DNA of 62,948 nt, the filler included, from Stramenopiles sp. TOSAG23-6 (taxonomy: Eukaryota), in NCBI GenBank assembly GCA_900128565.1. It is 7 parts of 7 records of this genome, joined end to end, with 100 filler letters (N's around TTAATTAATTAA, not from the genome) between each part and the next. Parts side by side here need not be neighbours in the genome. Positions count along the whole stretch, not along the records: positions 20,609 to 30,796 come from LT636331.1; positions 30,897 to 41,079 come from LT636332.1; 5 more parts are not named here. The stretch is one strand, 5' to 3'. A program made the translations under genes and the position numbers. This document shows, one piece after another, positions 23,601 to 34,572 of the stretch. The number at the start of each line of letters is the position of its first letter. Position 1 is the stretch's first letter. The notes beneath the pieces are model-generated. The model had not been told where the DNA came from. It searched no databases and saw only the letters and a list, made by a program, of their open reading frames with translations.

Positions 23601-26600
23601 AGAAAGATTGTCCTGCAGGATTTTACTGTAAGCTTTCTTCGTCGAAAAGTAAGTGTACATATGACAAGAATGTGGAAGATGATATTATAGATGATCCAGA
23701 TGTATCTTGGCTTTGTGAAGAACATCAGATTAGACCAATTGTTTGTCCAGCTGGGATTAATTGCGGTTTGGATGCCAAAAAAAAAGAACCGTGTACGCCA
23801 GGTTTTTATTGTCCGTTGGGGAAATTCCCGCTGAGCTGTTCTCGTGATGACGCCAACGATGAAGACGGTAATGATGAGCTGGGAGATGAAGCTTGGGTTT
23901 GCGTTGAAGGCTCCACTGAGCCAACGATATGCCCTGAAGGATATTACTGCGAATTAGGGATGTTTAAATATTCATGTGATTTTCCTTTTTATGGTTGTAT
24001 GGTGGGAACGAAAGATCTCGCAGTTCATGTTGGCAAAGATGCGTGTATCGATGAAAATAATGGACATGCTCTTCTATCTGATAAGGGTTATTGTTCTTTT
24101 GTAGCGGGTGCAACCCCCATGAAGTATAAGTTTTTTGGGGACAAATTTGGGGTTGATTATGCTGGAACAGGTGTGAATGCTGTGCCGGGTTCTGATCTAC
24201 CTTTTACAATGAAATCAAATACAACTTATATTTTTGATTCAGTTCAAGAATATGATGAAATTCCATATGGTTTAATACATAGCACCAGAAGTAAAGAGGA
24301 CTGCGAGAAAAAAGGAATATGGGCAATTATCGCAGCAACAACAGATTCAAACGAAGAAAAATTGTGTTTGAACCCAAAGACAAATGAACCCCACGCACCG
24401 AGGCGTGAAAAAGAAGATTGTACCTTGGTTGGTACGTGGCAGGAAAAGTCGCACGCCGACACGCGATCTGAATTGGAATGTACCATGAGTAAGTGGGCCC
24501 CAAAAACAGTCGACCGAATTCCACTTGGAACGTTTTATTCTGCAGTCCATTCAAAAGAAGAATGTGATGCAATAAACGGAGAATGGTCTGATGACAAAGA
24601 AGATCCAACCAAACCAATTGTAGAAAGGGGCGGAGTCTACAAAGGAACTGCATTCAGATGTCAACAAGGAAGTCACATCCCCCATCTATGCCCGTCAGGA
24701 TACTTCTGCGAAAATTCTAGAATTAGTACTAAGTGTGAGGGAGAAGGATCGTATTGTGGTCCTCAAGTCAACCCAGCCGTGGTTACAAACGGTATCACCC
24801 GAGGAGGATGGTATGCTGAGAGTATCTGCCCCAAAAGTTTTTATTGCATGAATCCATCAATCAAGACAGCTTGTAAAGAACAAGAGTTTTGCGATTCTGG
24901 GCAAACTGTTCCACTGGCATGTCCTAGATGGGGTGATATCAAAATGGTTACTGGTGATATTATTGGTGGTGCTCGTGATCGCTGCGAATGCCCCGCAAAC
25001 TATTATGCCCATCTAGGAGGAAATAATATATATTGGGCTCCCAATGGAGCATGTCAAGGTCAATCAGCGGAGAATCCAGAAGCTTGTTTATCATCAAGGG
25101 AGTTCCAGGAAACATATACATTGGAATATTTCAACTCAAAATACTTTGAATTTTCAGATGATTGCAATGGTAAGAGACCCAAAGGCGCTACTCATGGGAG
25201 TCGCACATTTGCAGAAAAACATAACTGTAATACGACAGACATTCTCACTTTCGAATCAATTCCTATAGATACATTAATGGGAACAGATACTTGGGCGCAG
25301 AAATGTCAACCTTGCCCGAGGGGAGCTCTATGTGATCGCCCTGGTGTTGCATTACAAACTAGAGAGGATGCTCGACGCATTCACCTTACTCCGTGTACTT
25401 TTGAAAATGGATACTGTAAACCCAAATGTGTTTACAACTCCATGGAAGACAAGCCTGTGGTAGAGGGAATCACTTATCTATACGATTGCCCGTTAAGTGA
25501 GATGGACAATACAGAAAAGGAACTATTTTTATCACAAGGTATTCTCCCAGAAGGCCCAAAAGATTTAGGTGAATTTGGTTACTGGCAAGACCCAGAACTA
25601 CTAAAGTTGCACCCAGATTACTTTTGCGCGAAAGATCTGACTGAAAATTGCAAAAAGGACCCATGTAATCTGTGTCCTTGCTACAAACAAGTGAGACCCG
25701 ACCCCGACGCTTCCTCAAGGACGTTTCTAGAGTGCTCATTACGTCGATGTTTCGCACCACAAGTATGCGAAGCCGGAGAATTGCGTAACAATACGGAAAC
25801 TGGTGAAATGTACGAAACAAATTGGCAGAATTGCAGGAAAGGACATGAAGGGATTATGTGTGCTATATGTAAAAGAGGATATGTGTTGCAAGCCGATGGA
25901 ATCCACTGTGAAATATGTAAAGGGAAAAAGGACGCGAATGCAAAAGATAACCAACTTGCTGTTTATATCTTCACTTTATGTATTGGTTTCATTTTTTATC
26001 TTTGTTCTTGCTGTTTTATGATGTCAAAAGCCGATAAAGGGTATTATAATGACCAGCATGCAGCTAAAGTGAAGAAATTAAAGTTTAAGATGAAAGTGGC
26101 GTCAAGAAAAGCATTGTTGATGACTAAAATGCAACATGCAATGACAGATACCGTGCAATTTAGTGAACAAGATGTCTCTCAAATTATGCATGTAAAAAGA
26201 AACGCCACAATAGCATTGAAGCGAGTAAATACATTGTCCAAACGAGTAACAACAAAGAAAGGACGAAACAAACTGATGAAAAAATTGAGTAAAGCTGCAA
26301 CAATACCAGGTGGTCGAATTGAGAAACATAAACTCAAAAAAAGGAAACGATTACACTCCCACGACGATGCTAAAGACAGAAAAGCGCAAATGTTCTCTGA
26401 GTGGGGTGCGACAATTAAACTTTTAGCTAGTTTTTGTCAAGTCATGTCGCAACTCAAGCGAACAACAGGCGACAGAATGCCAAAGAAATTTATTAAATTT
26501 TGTGACCAATTTGATGTTGTTAACCTGGATTTGATGAAATTTGCCACAATGATTGAACCTTGTACATTTAGTACAGATTATGCTACAAAATTCTATGGGC

Positions 26601-28087
26601 ATTTTTCATTTGTACCAATGGTTTTAATAGTCATCTGCTTAGCATTACTTTCTGCCCGTGCTTGTAAAAAAATAAAGGGGGACAAAGCAAAATATTCTTT
26701 ACTAAGTATCAAAATGAATGGTGTGCGTATTCTGATAGGTGTAGTATTTTGTATTTATCCTGGTCTTTCTGTTAAGTGTTTTCGTGTGTTTAATTGCATG
26801 GAAGTCAATGGGAAATCATATTTGATGGCTGATCTTTCAATATCCTGCGATGATGCTAATTATGCCCAGCTTCAGTTGGTAGCATTAACTGGTGTTCTTG
26901 CTTATGTCATTGGAATTCCTTTGGTTGGATATTTACTTATGCGACGTTGGAGAATGTGGCTGATTCCCGAGGATGAGATGGGAAACTCAATGTATGAGGC
27001 TTTGTTGTCACAACCGGAGCTTCGAGCTCAACACTATCGCCTAACACAAGAATATGGTGCATTATATTTGAGTTATAGGCATGGTATCTGGTGGTATGAG
27101 TTTATAGAAATGATGCGCAAGGCTAGTATGACAGGTTTTCTTGCAGCTCTACCCAAAGGTATCCCACGAGCTTCTGTTGCGGTAATGCTTTCATTTTTTT
27201 TCCTTGGCGTTACTGCATTTGTGAAACCATTTCGATACAAAATTGATTTCTCGCTACAGCTTACATTGCTTTTCACTGTGTGTATGTCATTTTATGCGTT
27301 CTTACTACTGGAGGGCAATGCATTTGTTCGAACCCACGAGCAAGATACTCTTGCGTATTGTCTCATTGCTTTATTAATGTTTGCTATGGCACAAGGAGCC
27401 TTTTCTATAATTTTTATGCATCCCTGGGTCCGAATGAAAATGGATAAAAGAATGGGAAAGAAATATAAAAGGCGAAAAAAAATGAAAGAAGCGAGACGGA
27501 AAGAATTAGAAAATAAGCTAGCAGAAGAGAGGCTAAAACCCAAAGAAAAAAAGAAAAAAAGTAGATCCAAAAAAGATAAAAAGGGTACATCCAAGAAAGT
27601 TGTACCCCAGAGCTCTATTAAATCAGATAATGCATCTGATGGCGAATATTCTTATAGCTATGGTGAGTATTCATATGGTGATTATTCTGGTGAAGGTTAT
27701 TCATACTATTCCGATGGTGGTTATTCATACGATTATTATTCTGATGATCCAGTTACTGCAGGTGCTAGTTCTGAGAAAGATATAAAAGTGCTTGTAAAAA
27801 AAACACCAAACGTTAAATCAAAGCTAGATAAGAAACAAGCTAAAAAAAACAAATCAAATGCGAAAGCAGATAAGAAACAAGCTAAAAACAACAAATTGAA
27901 TACGAAAGCAGATAAGAAACAAGCTAAAAACAACAAATCAAACACCAAAGCAGATAAGAAACAAGCTAAAAACAACGAATCGAACACCAAACATATAAGT
28001 GATAATCAGCGTTCTGATGGGGCTTCATATTACTCCGATTATTCTGATCAAGGTGTTGGCAATGGAACTAATGTTGTTTTACTATGA
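20609..28087 (+). CDS. Giant Cys-rich cell-surface protein (CPxGyYCP repeats, GCC2/GCC3-like) with C-terminal multi-pass membrane region; 5' truncated
   Basis: Frame open from contig start; dozens of CPEGYYC repeats, GIMCAICKRGY, YGALYLSYR..WWYEFIEM.RK, basic repeat tail. Confidence 0.88.
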   Translation, partial: VAVEGCYGTGECSDKTQENTCNLTEQCTWTAAGTTLLERESFKTCETPNDTGNVGTWYGPFCISAEGCFGGNECRQYTESSTCIDDTANACYWVNANSILLSDRVGETDCISVNATTKEFGVWTKLDVCILENSFVSLLSRDTRTSCIAETDGKVGIWRGYADDDILCPEDHWIEGRDRGTCWYGDPATDVTKDAPTEEICKHAGANWEREKTAFYCGGGNGSPTACKIGYYCPSSGNEIICGNEGKGNGDYCPEGIKEKLDCPMGYFCPTPSEKYSCLWSDLVDAQGGIEKQRQLEYLEDKSFGYICRGRNATPIGCPEGYFCPDGISMYECSETYLCEAKSSAMQICPLGYYCETPRQKVKCADELTSTKETEGYYCPEGSTAMKKCLDGYYCPDDTKQKSCIFNSDDVDENLVSANNSWTCPEGSKSPQECDGGRLCNGSGTTIECPPQYVCRKGMQKERCEEGKKCVAGSSSVDICTVGYICVLNEAKDCPDVHCEDGEITIGICSKGRMCVPTPDKLDVEQVPCKKGHLETKYKNGDLATYCEDGKHEICPAGYECPNRETKTACAEGTFCERGTFHAQDCEVMWRCPRPDLPRIQCNWEEGEKERGSSTDNVSHYCPKRTHTVIDCETGWDCADHDNKDGKSVCVIDEGCYGNLACTKILNESLCNRFVADGCKWTKSRSEVINSLKECTEENIERLTFENCARPLDQCTTVDSITKRQGKLRGSNTVCVSVEGCFGSGDCEDLVDQCTKAQNCEWVFSNRVLYDRNKDTCGTENNWGLKGTWSEKYSQCLAVEGCYGYGNCHGLRNECSMTSRCSWAQSDEILLSSRINIYSCARRHKEGYQKGSWQEGRRPCPSAFYCPEAELPASCKSTSNEANYCPSGSSTVKKCPEGYYCQNEEEIYSCSERCRINDIDDPVTKDRQTCINKNNDEDKAEWVDIEACKDNSTCKAYYCPAGSSAATYCPKGSFCENPMRVADCSNTGWYCPEGSFEKKDCPAGFYCKLSSSKSKCTYDKNVEDDIIDDPDVSWLCEEHQIRPIVCPAGINCGLDAKKKEPCTPGFYCPLGKFPLSCSRDDANDEDGNDELGDEAWVCVEGSTEPTICPEGYYCELGMFKYSCDFPFYGCMVGTKDLAVHVGKDACIDENNGHALLSDKGYCSFVAGATPMKYKFFGDKFGVDYAGTGVNAVPGSDLPFTMKSNTTYIFDSVQEYDEIPYGLIHSTRSKEDCEKKGIWAIIAATTDSNEEKLCLNPKTNEPHAPRREKEDCTLVGTWQEKSHADTRSELECTMSKWAPKTVDRIPLGTFYSAVHSKEECDAINGEWSDDKEDPTKPIVERGGVYKGTAFRCQQGSHIPHLCPSGYFCENSRISTKCEGEGSYCGPQVNPAVVTNGITRGGWYAESICPKSFYCMNPSIKTACKEQEFCDSGQTVPLACPRWGDIKMVTGDIIGGARDRCECPANYYAHLGGNNIYWAPNGACQGQSAENPEACLSSREFQETYTLEYFNSKYFEFSDDCNGKRPKGATHGSRTFAEKHNCNTTDILTFESIPIDTLMGTDTWAQKCQPCPRGALCDRPGVALQTREDARRIHLTPCTFENGYCKPKCVYNSMEDKPVVEGITYLYDCPLSEMDNTEKELFLSQGILPEGPKDLGEFGYWQDPELLKLHPDYFCAKDLTENCKKDPCNLCPCYKQVRPDPDASSRTFLECSLRRCFAPQVCEAGELRNNTETGEMYETNWQNCRKGHEGIMCAICKRGYVLQADGIHCEICKGKKDANAKDNQLAVYIFTLCIGFIFYLCSCCFMMSKADKGYYNDQHAAKVKKLKFKMKVASRKALLMTKMQHAMTDTVQFSEQDVSQIMHVKRNATIALKRVNTLSKRVTTKKGRNKLMKKLSKAATIPGGRIEKHKLKKRKRLHSHDDAKDRKAQMFSEWGATIKLLASFCQVMSQLKRTTGDRMPKKFIKFCDQFDVVNLDLMKFATMIEPCTFSTDYATKFYGHFSFVPMVLIVICLALLSARACKKIKGDKAKYSLLSIKMNGVRILIGVVFCIYPGLSVKCFRVFNCMEVNGKSYLMADLSISCDDANYAQLQLVALTGVLAYVIGIPLVGYLLMRRWRMWLIPEDEMGNSMYEALLSQPELRAQHYRLTQEYGALYLSYRHGIWWYEFIEMMRKASMTGFLAALPKGIPRASVAVMLSFFFLGVTAFVKPFRYKIDFSLQLTLLFTVCMSFYAFLLLEGNAFVRTHEQDTLAYCLIALLMFAMAQGAFSIIFMHPWVRMKMDKRMGKKYKRRKKMKEARRKELENKLAEERLKPKEKKKKSRSKKDKKGTSKKVVPQSSIKSDNASDGEYSYSYGEYSYGDYSGEGYSYYSDGGYSYDYYSDDPVTAGASSEKDIKVLVKKTPNVKSKLDKKQAKKNKSNAKADKKQAKNNKLNTKADKKQAKNNKSNTKADKKQAKNNESNTKHISDNQRSDGASYYSDYSDQGVGNGTNVVLL

Positions 28088-28745
28088 ACAAAACTGATCA
28101 TACAGTATAGTTAAAACTGATGTTGTTTTACTATAAACAAAACTGGTCATACTGTATAGTAAAAATATAAAATATTGATAATACGATTTGTTAAATATTT
28201 AATCTAGATTATATTAGCACTCTCTTTTTTTTTTTAATTGAATAGAAAATGTAATTGAAAAATCAAAGGTTTCACAGTTTCACAAATTTGAAATGCATTT
28301 GAAATAAATATTGAGTAAATGTTGAGTACATACAAAAGCTCTCCGCCAGGAGCCCGCCTGGAAGGCATGTTAATATATTACTTCAATTGTCCATTTTCAT
28401 GATAAAAAACCTAATAAAACAATAGAATATTATTATGAAATTGAAATGATAAATAATTTTAGCATGAATCACATTTACATAAGTTTTTATATTATATTAC
28501 TGTTGCAGTATTGTTTTTTTTGTGCCATGTATAATTGTGTGTGCATTTTCTGATTAAATCAATAAAGTGATAATCACTAAAGTGAAAACATTCTGCGCAA
28601 ACCTGCTTCAGCTTGTCGAACACTACAGTTTAGTGGTCAAATCTTGCGGTGTTATGACTAAAACACTTCTATAGTATCGGGTACCACGTAAAGCCTCCGT
28701 GTATTCCGTGAGCGGCTGACCCCACTCAGAATAAGTGACCCCACG

Positions 28746-30467
28746 ATGGATTCTAGGGAAGACATCGGATCTCGAACATATTACAATGCGGGTCATAACA
28801 CAGCAGTGGTAAAATCAAGCACAGGACCCAGCTCTAGAGGAGTGTCTGATAATACTGAAGAGCGCAGTCATGGTAAGACTAATTTTGATGGCAGAGTCTG
28901 GAGGTCTCCTCCTGTTCACGTATCAAACAAACCTCAGGGACATTTTAGAGAAAATCATGTATCGTATTCAACGAGTATGTACAAGGATTATGGTAATATG
29001 CATCGAGACTTTCGCTTCACATCATCTCGGGAACTTTCTGAAGGAGCTCGAAGAAAACGTGGTGAAATGTTTACTCGTCAACCAACACAAAAAACCTTTG
29101 TGAAACCTGCTGTACGCCCACTCAAATCTGCGTGGAAGACAACAGAACACGTAAACCCTATAGATATTAGAAGTGCACGGCGTTGGAAAGCTGATGCGAA
29201 ACCGTTCCAACCGAAGGATTCGGGAACTATTGATTCTATTGGGCTTCCTGAGAAACATGAACAAATGAGTGGATCTTCGCTATTGATAAATAGTAGCGAC
29301 CAAGCTAGTGTAAACAAAAAGACCAAGCCTTCCAAAATAGTATCATCAGAACCGACCATATTGTCAAAATCACTTTCTGTTGCTCCTTGGGCGAATATAA
29401 AAAAAGTTTCAGTACCACTATTATTTGAAGAAAATACGACCAGCCAAGATGTAGAAATCACAAGAAAAAGGAAACAAGCAAACACTTCTGTTTCTCGTGT
29501 GAAATCTTTACATCGTCTGAGTAATCATTATCAACCTCAAATATCTAGTAATACAAATAAGAATCAAAACCCAAGAAAAATTGCGTGGAATCGTGGGTGG
29601 GAGGAGGGAAATATTTCAAACCAACAAAAAGGTCTTCGAATGGCGAATAAACCTAACCCTAATCCTAACACATTACGCTCACGGTATGATTTAGGTAAGA
29701 CTCAGATTTTAAAACGTAGTACAAGTGGAACCTCTCCCCAGTCTGCGAAATTAAATGTTTTTGGTGGTATAGGTAAAAAACAAATAAAGAAAACAAATGA
29801 AAGAAATAAAAATAAAAAAAAATTGATTCATACACAAAAAAAAAACAAACTGATTAAAAATACACAAAAAAAAACAGAGAAAAAAAATTTGACCAAATCC
29901 ACATTCCATTCAATGATGAAAGAGTTACATAGCAAAGTTGATCATAGAAAAAATAAATTGGGGTCAAATCATGATTTTATGAAAACTAAGATTCACACAG
30001 AAACTCGAAAGAAGAAGAAAAAATACACTGCATTGAAGCGATCTATTTTGATGGATCGTATGTTTTATATGAATTTCTAATTTATTTTTTTTTGAAATGT
30101 TTTTTCGTACGAAATTTCGTACCTAACAATTTTTTTAGTTTTTTTTTTGAAATATTTTTTCACATAATATGTGCTTTGAAATGGACTGAGAATCATCCAG
30201 GCGAAATGTTTAACCCCGGATCTGATAATAGTAGTTGTGATAATAGTAAGGATCAAGAGAAAACACATTCCGATTGTGATAATAGTAAGGATCAAGAGAA
30301 AACACATCATGGGAAAGATCTGGATGGTGACAATGAAAAAGATATAAATGATAGTATTGTAAAGGAGAATATATCTAAGAAAAACAATACCCAGGACGAT
30401 GATGATGATATTCATGAAGAAAAACAGAATGCTGAAGATACGTATGTGAATATTGACACAGAATCAT
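28746..30467 (+). CDS. SECISBP2: Putative SECIS-binding protein 2-like, N-terminal part (exons 28746-30057, 30171-30467)
   Basis: KADAKPFQP resembles SBP2 LSADVKPFVP; KKYTALKRSILMDR resembles KKPTSLKKIILKER; L7Ae domain not present in window. Confidence 0.5.
30058..30170 (+). mobile_element. Non-canonical GT..AT intron (113 nt)
   Basis: GTATG...AATAT, phase 1, ILMD-R-ALKW. Confidence 0.78.
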
Positions 30468-30561
30468 GTATGTTTTATTTTATTTTTTTCAAATTTGATT
30501 TTGTTTTCGTACGAAAGTTTGTACCTAACGATTTAAGAAAAAATATTGTTTTACAATGTAT
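30468..30561 (+). mobile_element. GT..AT family element joining exons of two different genes (94 nt)
   Basis: Donor phase 1, acceptor phase 2 at consensus end CAATGTAT. Confidence 0.7.
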
Positions 30562-30753
30562 GAACCGCCAAGATACTAAAGAAGCTCTTCATGTTGCTCA
30601 TTCACCAAACGCATCAAAACAATGGCCAGGTCCATCAGCTCATTGGGTATATGAAAAGGTGTACAGTGCTTGCAACGAAGATTCCATGCCAGGTGCGAAA
30701 TCAATGATTGACTTTTATCGCTATATTGCACCCAAATTACGTACAACTATCGT
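30562..30753 (+). CDS. Serine carboxypeptidase (S10) internal exon
   Basis: NRQDTKEALHV...W...SMIDFYRYIAPKLRTTIV matches the YLNRxDVxxALHV...SM..Y..L..LRxxxYxGD region. Confidence 0.65.
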
Positions 30754-30796
30754 GTATGTTTTTTTTTTTTTTTTAAATTTGAAATTGAATTTATTT
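30754..30796 (+). mobile_element. Repeat-family intron, 5' part, truncated by contig end
   Basis: GTATGTTTT plus T-tract. Confidence 0.65.
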
Positions 30797-30896
30797 NNNN
30801 NNNNNNNNNNNNNNNNNNNNNNNNNNNNNNNNNNNNNNNNTTAATTAATTAANNNNNNNNNNNNNNNNNNNNNNNNNNNNNNNNNNNNNNNNNNNN

Positions 30897-31543
30897 ATAA
30901 TAATACTACAAATAATAAAAATAAAACAAATACCTACACAAATACAAAAACTACAAATGTACAAGGAACATATCACGATATTTCTCATCGTTTCATTATT
31001 TATTCTCTTGACATTAATAATGATACAGAAAATAATAGAAATAATGATGATTCATTAGTGTATAGATATGATCCAATTGATAATAAAGCATATACAAAAG
31101 ATGAGTTTATAGAATATTATGGTGGAGTGCAAGAATGGAATGTAGCAGATGAGGCAGAGTATATACCAGAAAATGATATCCTTTATATATATGCAGGTGA
31201 TGAACCAGCCGATGTTGTACATACATTTGTATCTGAGCGTTGGTTGCCAGACGAACAAGTTCGTGTATCAAATGCATTATTAGTTCATTTATGCTCGGAA
31301 ATTGTATGTACTCGAACACTCCCTAAAAGTGCTCTATTTGTGTTTAATGTTGAGTGGAAAGGGAAAAAGCACGAAATGCATATTTCTGAAGATGATGATA
31401 TACACGCGAGAGCTCGGGCATTTTGTAATCCATTGAATGGAATTAATTGCGATGATGAATTTATTCAGAAAACTACACAAGCGATAGAAGCTGAATTGAT
31501 AAAGAGAGAAGTTATCGTAAGAAAACAAGCACCAAAACCATAA
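30897..31543 (+). CDS. Hypothetical protein, 3' part
   Basis: Open frame containing RYDPIDNKAYTKDEFIEYYGGVQEW. Confidence 0.55.
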
Positions 31544-31668
31544 ATAAATGAAAATCTTTTCAGTAATATTGTTGAAAGATTATCATAAGTCTCAAATTTG
31601 AATATACATATATTATATACTTCGGGCAATAAATTGTGCTATCGATATTTTAAATATACAAAGAACTT

Positions 31669-32451
31669 TTATTTTTCTTGCTTTTCATCNTTTTCTTCTT
31701 CACTNTCCTTACTTTGTTTATCTCTCTCTTCGTTTTCTTCTTCATCATNGCTTTCTTTATCACTCTCTTCAGTTTCTTCTTCNTCATCGCTTTCTTCAGA
31801 ACTCTCTTCTTTTTCTTCTTCGTCACCGCCATCACTGCATTCCTCCTCCCATCGATACTTTAAGTTCAAATTTCCTTCTCCTACACATTTAAAACATACT
31901 CCAAGACCTTCAATTAACCAACCATCAGCGCCGCCAAATGGACGTTTATCAAAAGGTATCCAAGTGAATCCAGAACCATCCTCAGGTTTATCACTTCGTT
32001 TTTCACCTTTTTTATAAGCCCATTGGAGTGCACTACCAGCATCAAGAGCTTCTATTATATCAAAATCTATTCCANAATCAAAATCAATTGCAATTGAGCG
32101 ATAAGAATCATATGATGCTATAAACAAGACATCCCCAAGTTTCATTTTAATCTCTTTTGGGAAATCCAAATCCTCCTTTTCCCCACCGTGATCCCATAAA
32201 ACATATGTAGTATTAGTGAAACGTTCAGCATCAACAGGATCATTAGCAATTGTGCGCAAAGAACATCTTTTTTCTAAAGTACAGTACCGAGATATTGCTT
32301 CATTATTAGGTTNGTCTAATGATACCCAATTCCCCGAACGTGTTATTGAAGAATCTTTCTTCCAGGCACACCATACTGGTTTTACTATTTCATGCTCTCC
32401 AGCTACACTTATTTTTATCTTGCGCCTGTCAGTAAGTCGTTTCCAAACCAT
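31669..32451 (-). CDS. Hypothetical protein with acidic tail
   Basis: 260 aa ATG-initiated ORF. Confidence 0.55.
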   Translation of the reverse strand: MVWKRLTDRRKIKISVAGEHEIVKPVWCAWKKDSSITRSGNWVSLDXPNNEAISRYCTLEKRCSLRTIANDPVDAERFTNTTYVLWDHGGEKEDLDFPKEIKMKLGDVLFIASYDSYRSIAIDFDXGIDFDIIEALDAGSALQWAYKKGEKRSDKPEDGSGFTWIPFDKRPFGGADGWLIEGLGVCFKCVGEGNLNLKYRWEEECSDGGDEEEKEESSEESDXEEETEESDKESXDEEENEERDKQSKXSEEEXDEKQEK

Positions 32452-32874
32452 TTTTTACTTCTTTAATTTTTAATGAGGCATAGTCAAAGTTGGAGGCTAA
32501 AATAGCTGACATGAGAAATAACCAGATGCAAACATCACGCGGCAATAAAATTTTAATTGTTTCCTTTTCTAAAAGTTATTTTTTTTGTTCGTTATTTCTT
32601 TCGGTATACGGTAGGAGTATGACGATTTTAAACCGTCGTTGTCAAATCTACTACTTATTATTCTGTCATGTCAAACCCTAACCCTAGTATAAGCGTACTA
32701 CTAGTGTCTTTTTTTCGCACCACACGAGTCTTTTTCATGAGTCATAACAGACTTCAGCTAGTTGTTAGCTGCAAAGACATTACTGAGTGGTACATCTANA
32801 GGCTATATTGTAGCTAGACAACGGAGTAGTATTGATTGAAATACAANAGATTGATCCATACAGGTATTGCATAT

Positions 32875-33615
32875 ATGTTATCCTTTGTAGCCCGTAGTAT
32901 TAGGTCACGCATTTCACGGCAAATGACNACCGTGACNAGCTGCTCTCTTCAAAAACCTGTGGAAACTTTTGACGTCTCTATTTTTGCAAATATTGATGTC
33001 CGAATTGGTTTGATAACAAACGTATGGCCTCACCCTAANTCTGATAAATTATGGTGTGAAGAAATTGATCTTGGGGAAGAGGAAGGACCACGTCAAATAC
33101 TTTCAGGTCTACGTCAACATTATCCAAAAGCAAGTGACGTACAAGGCAGAAAAGTATTAGTTGTATGTAATTTAAAACCTGCCAAATTAGGGGGTATGTT
33201 ATCCAATGGTATGGTACTCTGTGCATCGAAGGNTTCATCTTCTAACGAAGTAAATGAAACAGAAACTGTTGAATCGATTGATGTTGAATTTATTGATGTA
33301 CCTGATGATTCAGTTATAGGTGAACGTGTTGTTGTTCATGGTGNAAAAATTCCCAAAAAATCTATTTATCCCTTTACTAGTGTTTCCAATTCATTAGACA
33401 TTNAAAATCAATATAAAAAAGTGTCTCTTGAAATGTTGGAAAAGTATGGTCCTCCAGCAACTGCAAATCGAGTGAAACGAAAAAAATTATGGTTTCAATT
33501 AGTTAGTGATTTAGAGAGTGATAGTGATGGAGTTGCTACTTGGAAAGGTTTACCTCTTTTGACATCTGCGGGGTATTGTAAAGCTAAAAGTCTACGAAAC
33601 GCAAAAATTGTTTAA
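32875..33615 (+). CDS. tRNA-binding OB-fold protein (EMAP II/Arc1p/MetRS-C family)
   Basis: DVRIGLI..HP.SDKLWCEEIDLGEE.PRQILSGL..VVCNLKPAKLGG..SNGMVLCA. Confidence 0.85.
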   Translation: MLSFVARSIRSRISRQMXTVXSCSLQKPVETFDVSIFANIDVRIGLITNVWPHPXSDKLWCEEIDLGEEEGPRQILSGLRQHYPKASDVQGRKVLVVCNLKPAKLGGMLSNGMVLCASKXSSSNEVNETETVESIDVEFIDVPDDSVIGERVVVHGXKIPKKSIYPFTSVSNSLDIXNQYKKVSLEMLEKYGPPATANRVKRKKLWFQLVSDLESDSDGVATWKGLPLLTSAGYCKAKSLRNAKIV

Positions 33616-33625
33616 GTGGTGGAAA

Positions 33626-33755
33626 TAGTGTAAGGAAACAAACATAAATTTTAGTGTAAGTAGAAAAACATAAATTTTANTGTAAGNANANAAACATAAA
33701 TTTTAATGTAAGTAGAAAAACATAAATTTTAGTGTAAGTAGAAAAACATAAATTT
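33626..33755. repeat. 27-bp tandem repeat (~4.5 copies)
   Basis: AAACATAAATTTTAGTGTAAGTAGAAA units between convergent genes. Confidence 0.85.
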
Positions 33756-33768
33756 ATTTGATTCAAAG

Positions 33769-34182
33769 TTACTCTTCTAAGGGCTGAAGGATAATTTCTT
33801 TCAATTTATCTCGTAAGATTTCGCCAGGAATAGAAATGTCTCTCGTCAATTGACGAATTTTATCTACTGATGTCAGTCGTTCGAAATTTTTTGCATCCAT
33901 TCTCTGGTTTGTAAATAAAAATAAGTTCTTCAATAATTTGTCTTTATCAGAGCCTAAAATAGCAAATTGATTTGGTTCTGTATCAAAATGATGTATTTCA
34001 CTACCTGATTTTTGGAATTCTTGTCGTTTACCTTTGACAATGTCAAGAAATACATCACCTAAGAGGACATTATTTTGTGAATTCTGTTCCCAAAGGGATT
34101 CGACTTCTGTAATGGTTGGGATACCAAATTCTGAGCTTAACGCAAACAGTGATTGTTGAAAACGTGTTTTAGTAAAAGTCAT
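33769..34182 (-). CDS. Hypothetical protein
   Basis: 137 aa ORF, no recognised motif. Confidence 0.4.
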   Translation of the reverse strand: MTFTKTRFQQSLFALSSEFGIPTITEVESLWEQNSQNNVLLGDVFLDIVKGKRQEFQKSGSEIHHFDTEPNQFAILGSDKDKLLKNLFLFTNQRMDAKNFERLTSVDKIRQLTRDISIPGEILRDKLKEIILQPLEE

Positions 34183-34572
34183 TGAACCTGTTTGCTTATT
34201 TTTTACACCAAAGCATGTAATTGCCCATTGCTCTGGAGATTTTTTACTTCATTGGTCGTCATGATATCAAACGAGATGTTGTTTTTTTATATATCGATGG
34301 GAGAGGTATCTCTGAGAAAAAAAAAAAAAAATGAAACTGTGTAAATTTTGACACGAAATCCTGCTATTATTTTTCAAGTTCAGTTTATTTNTTTTGAGAA
34401 TTTTTTTTTTCTTCTTTTCTTTCGCACGCAAATAAAAATACGTATTATTATTATTATTACGTAATATTATAGTCCCCATTGGAACAGAAATTGAGTACTA
34501 TGAATACATCGAATAATTGACNTATATTCTATTTATTCACTGGGTAGTGTGCACGAGCCACGTTGAAAGAGA

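Noticed and set aside
30465-30565. TGA formed at the splice junction as a selenocysteine codon in the SBP2-like gene
   Set aside because: That frame closes soon after, and the downstream exon matches a carboxypeptidase in another frame; a chimeric join is simpler
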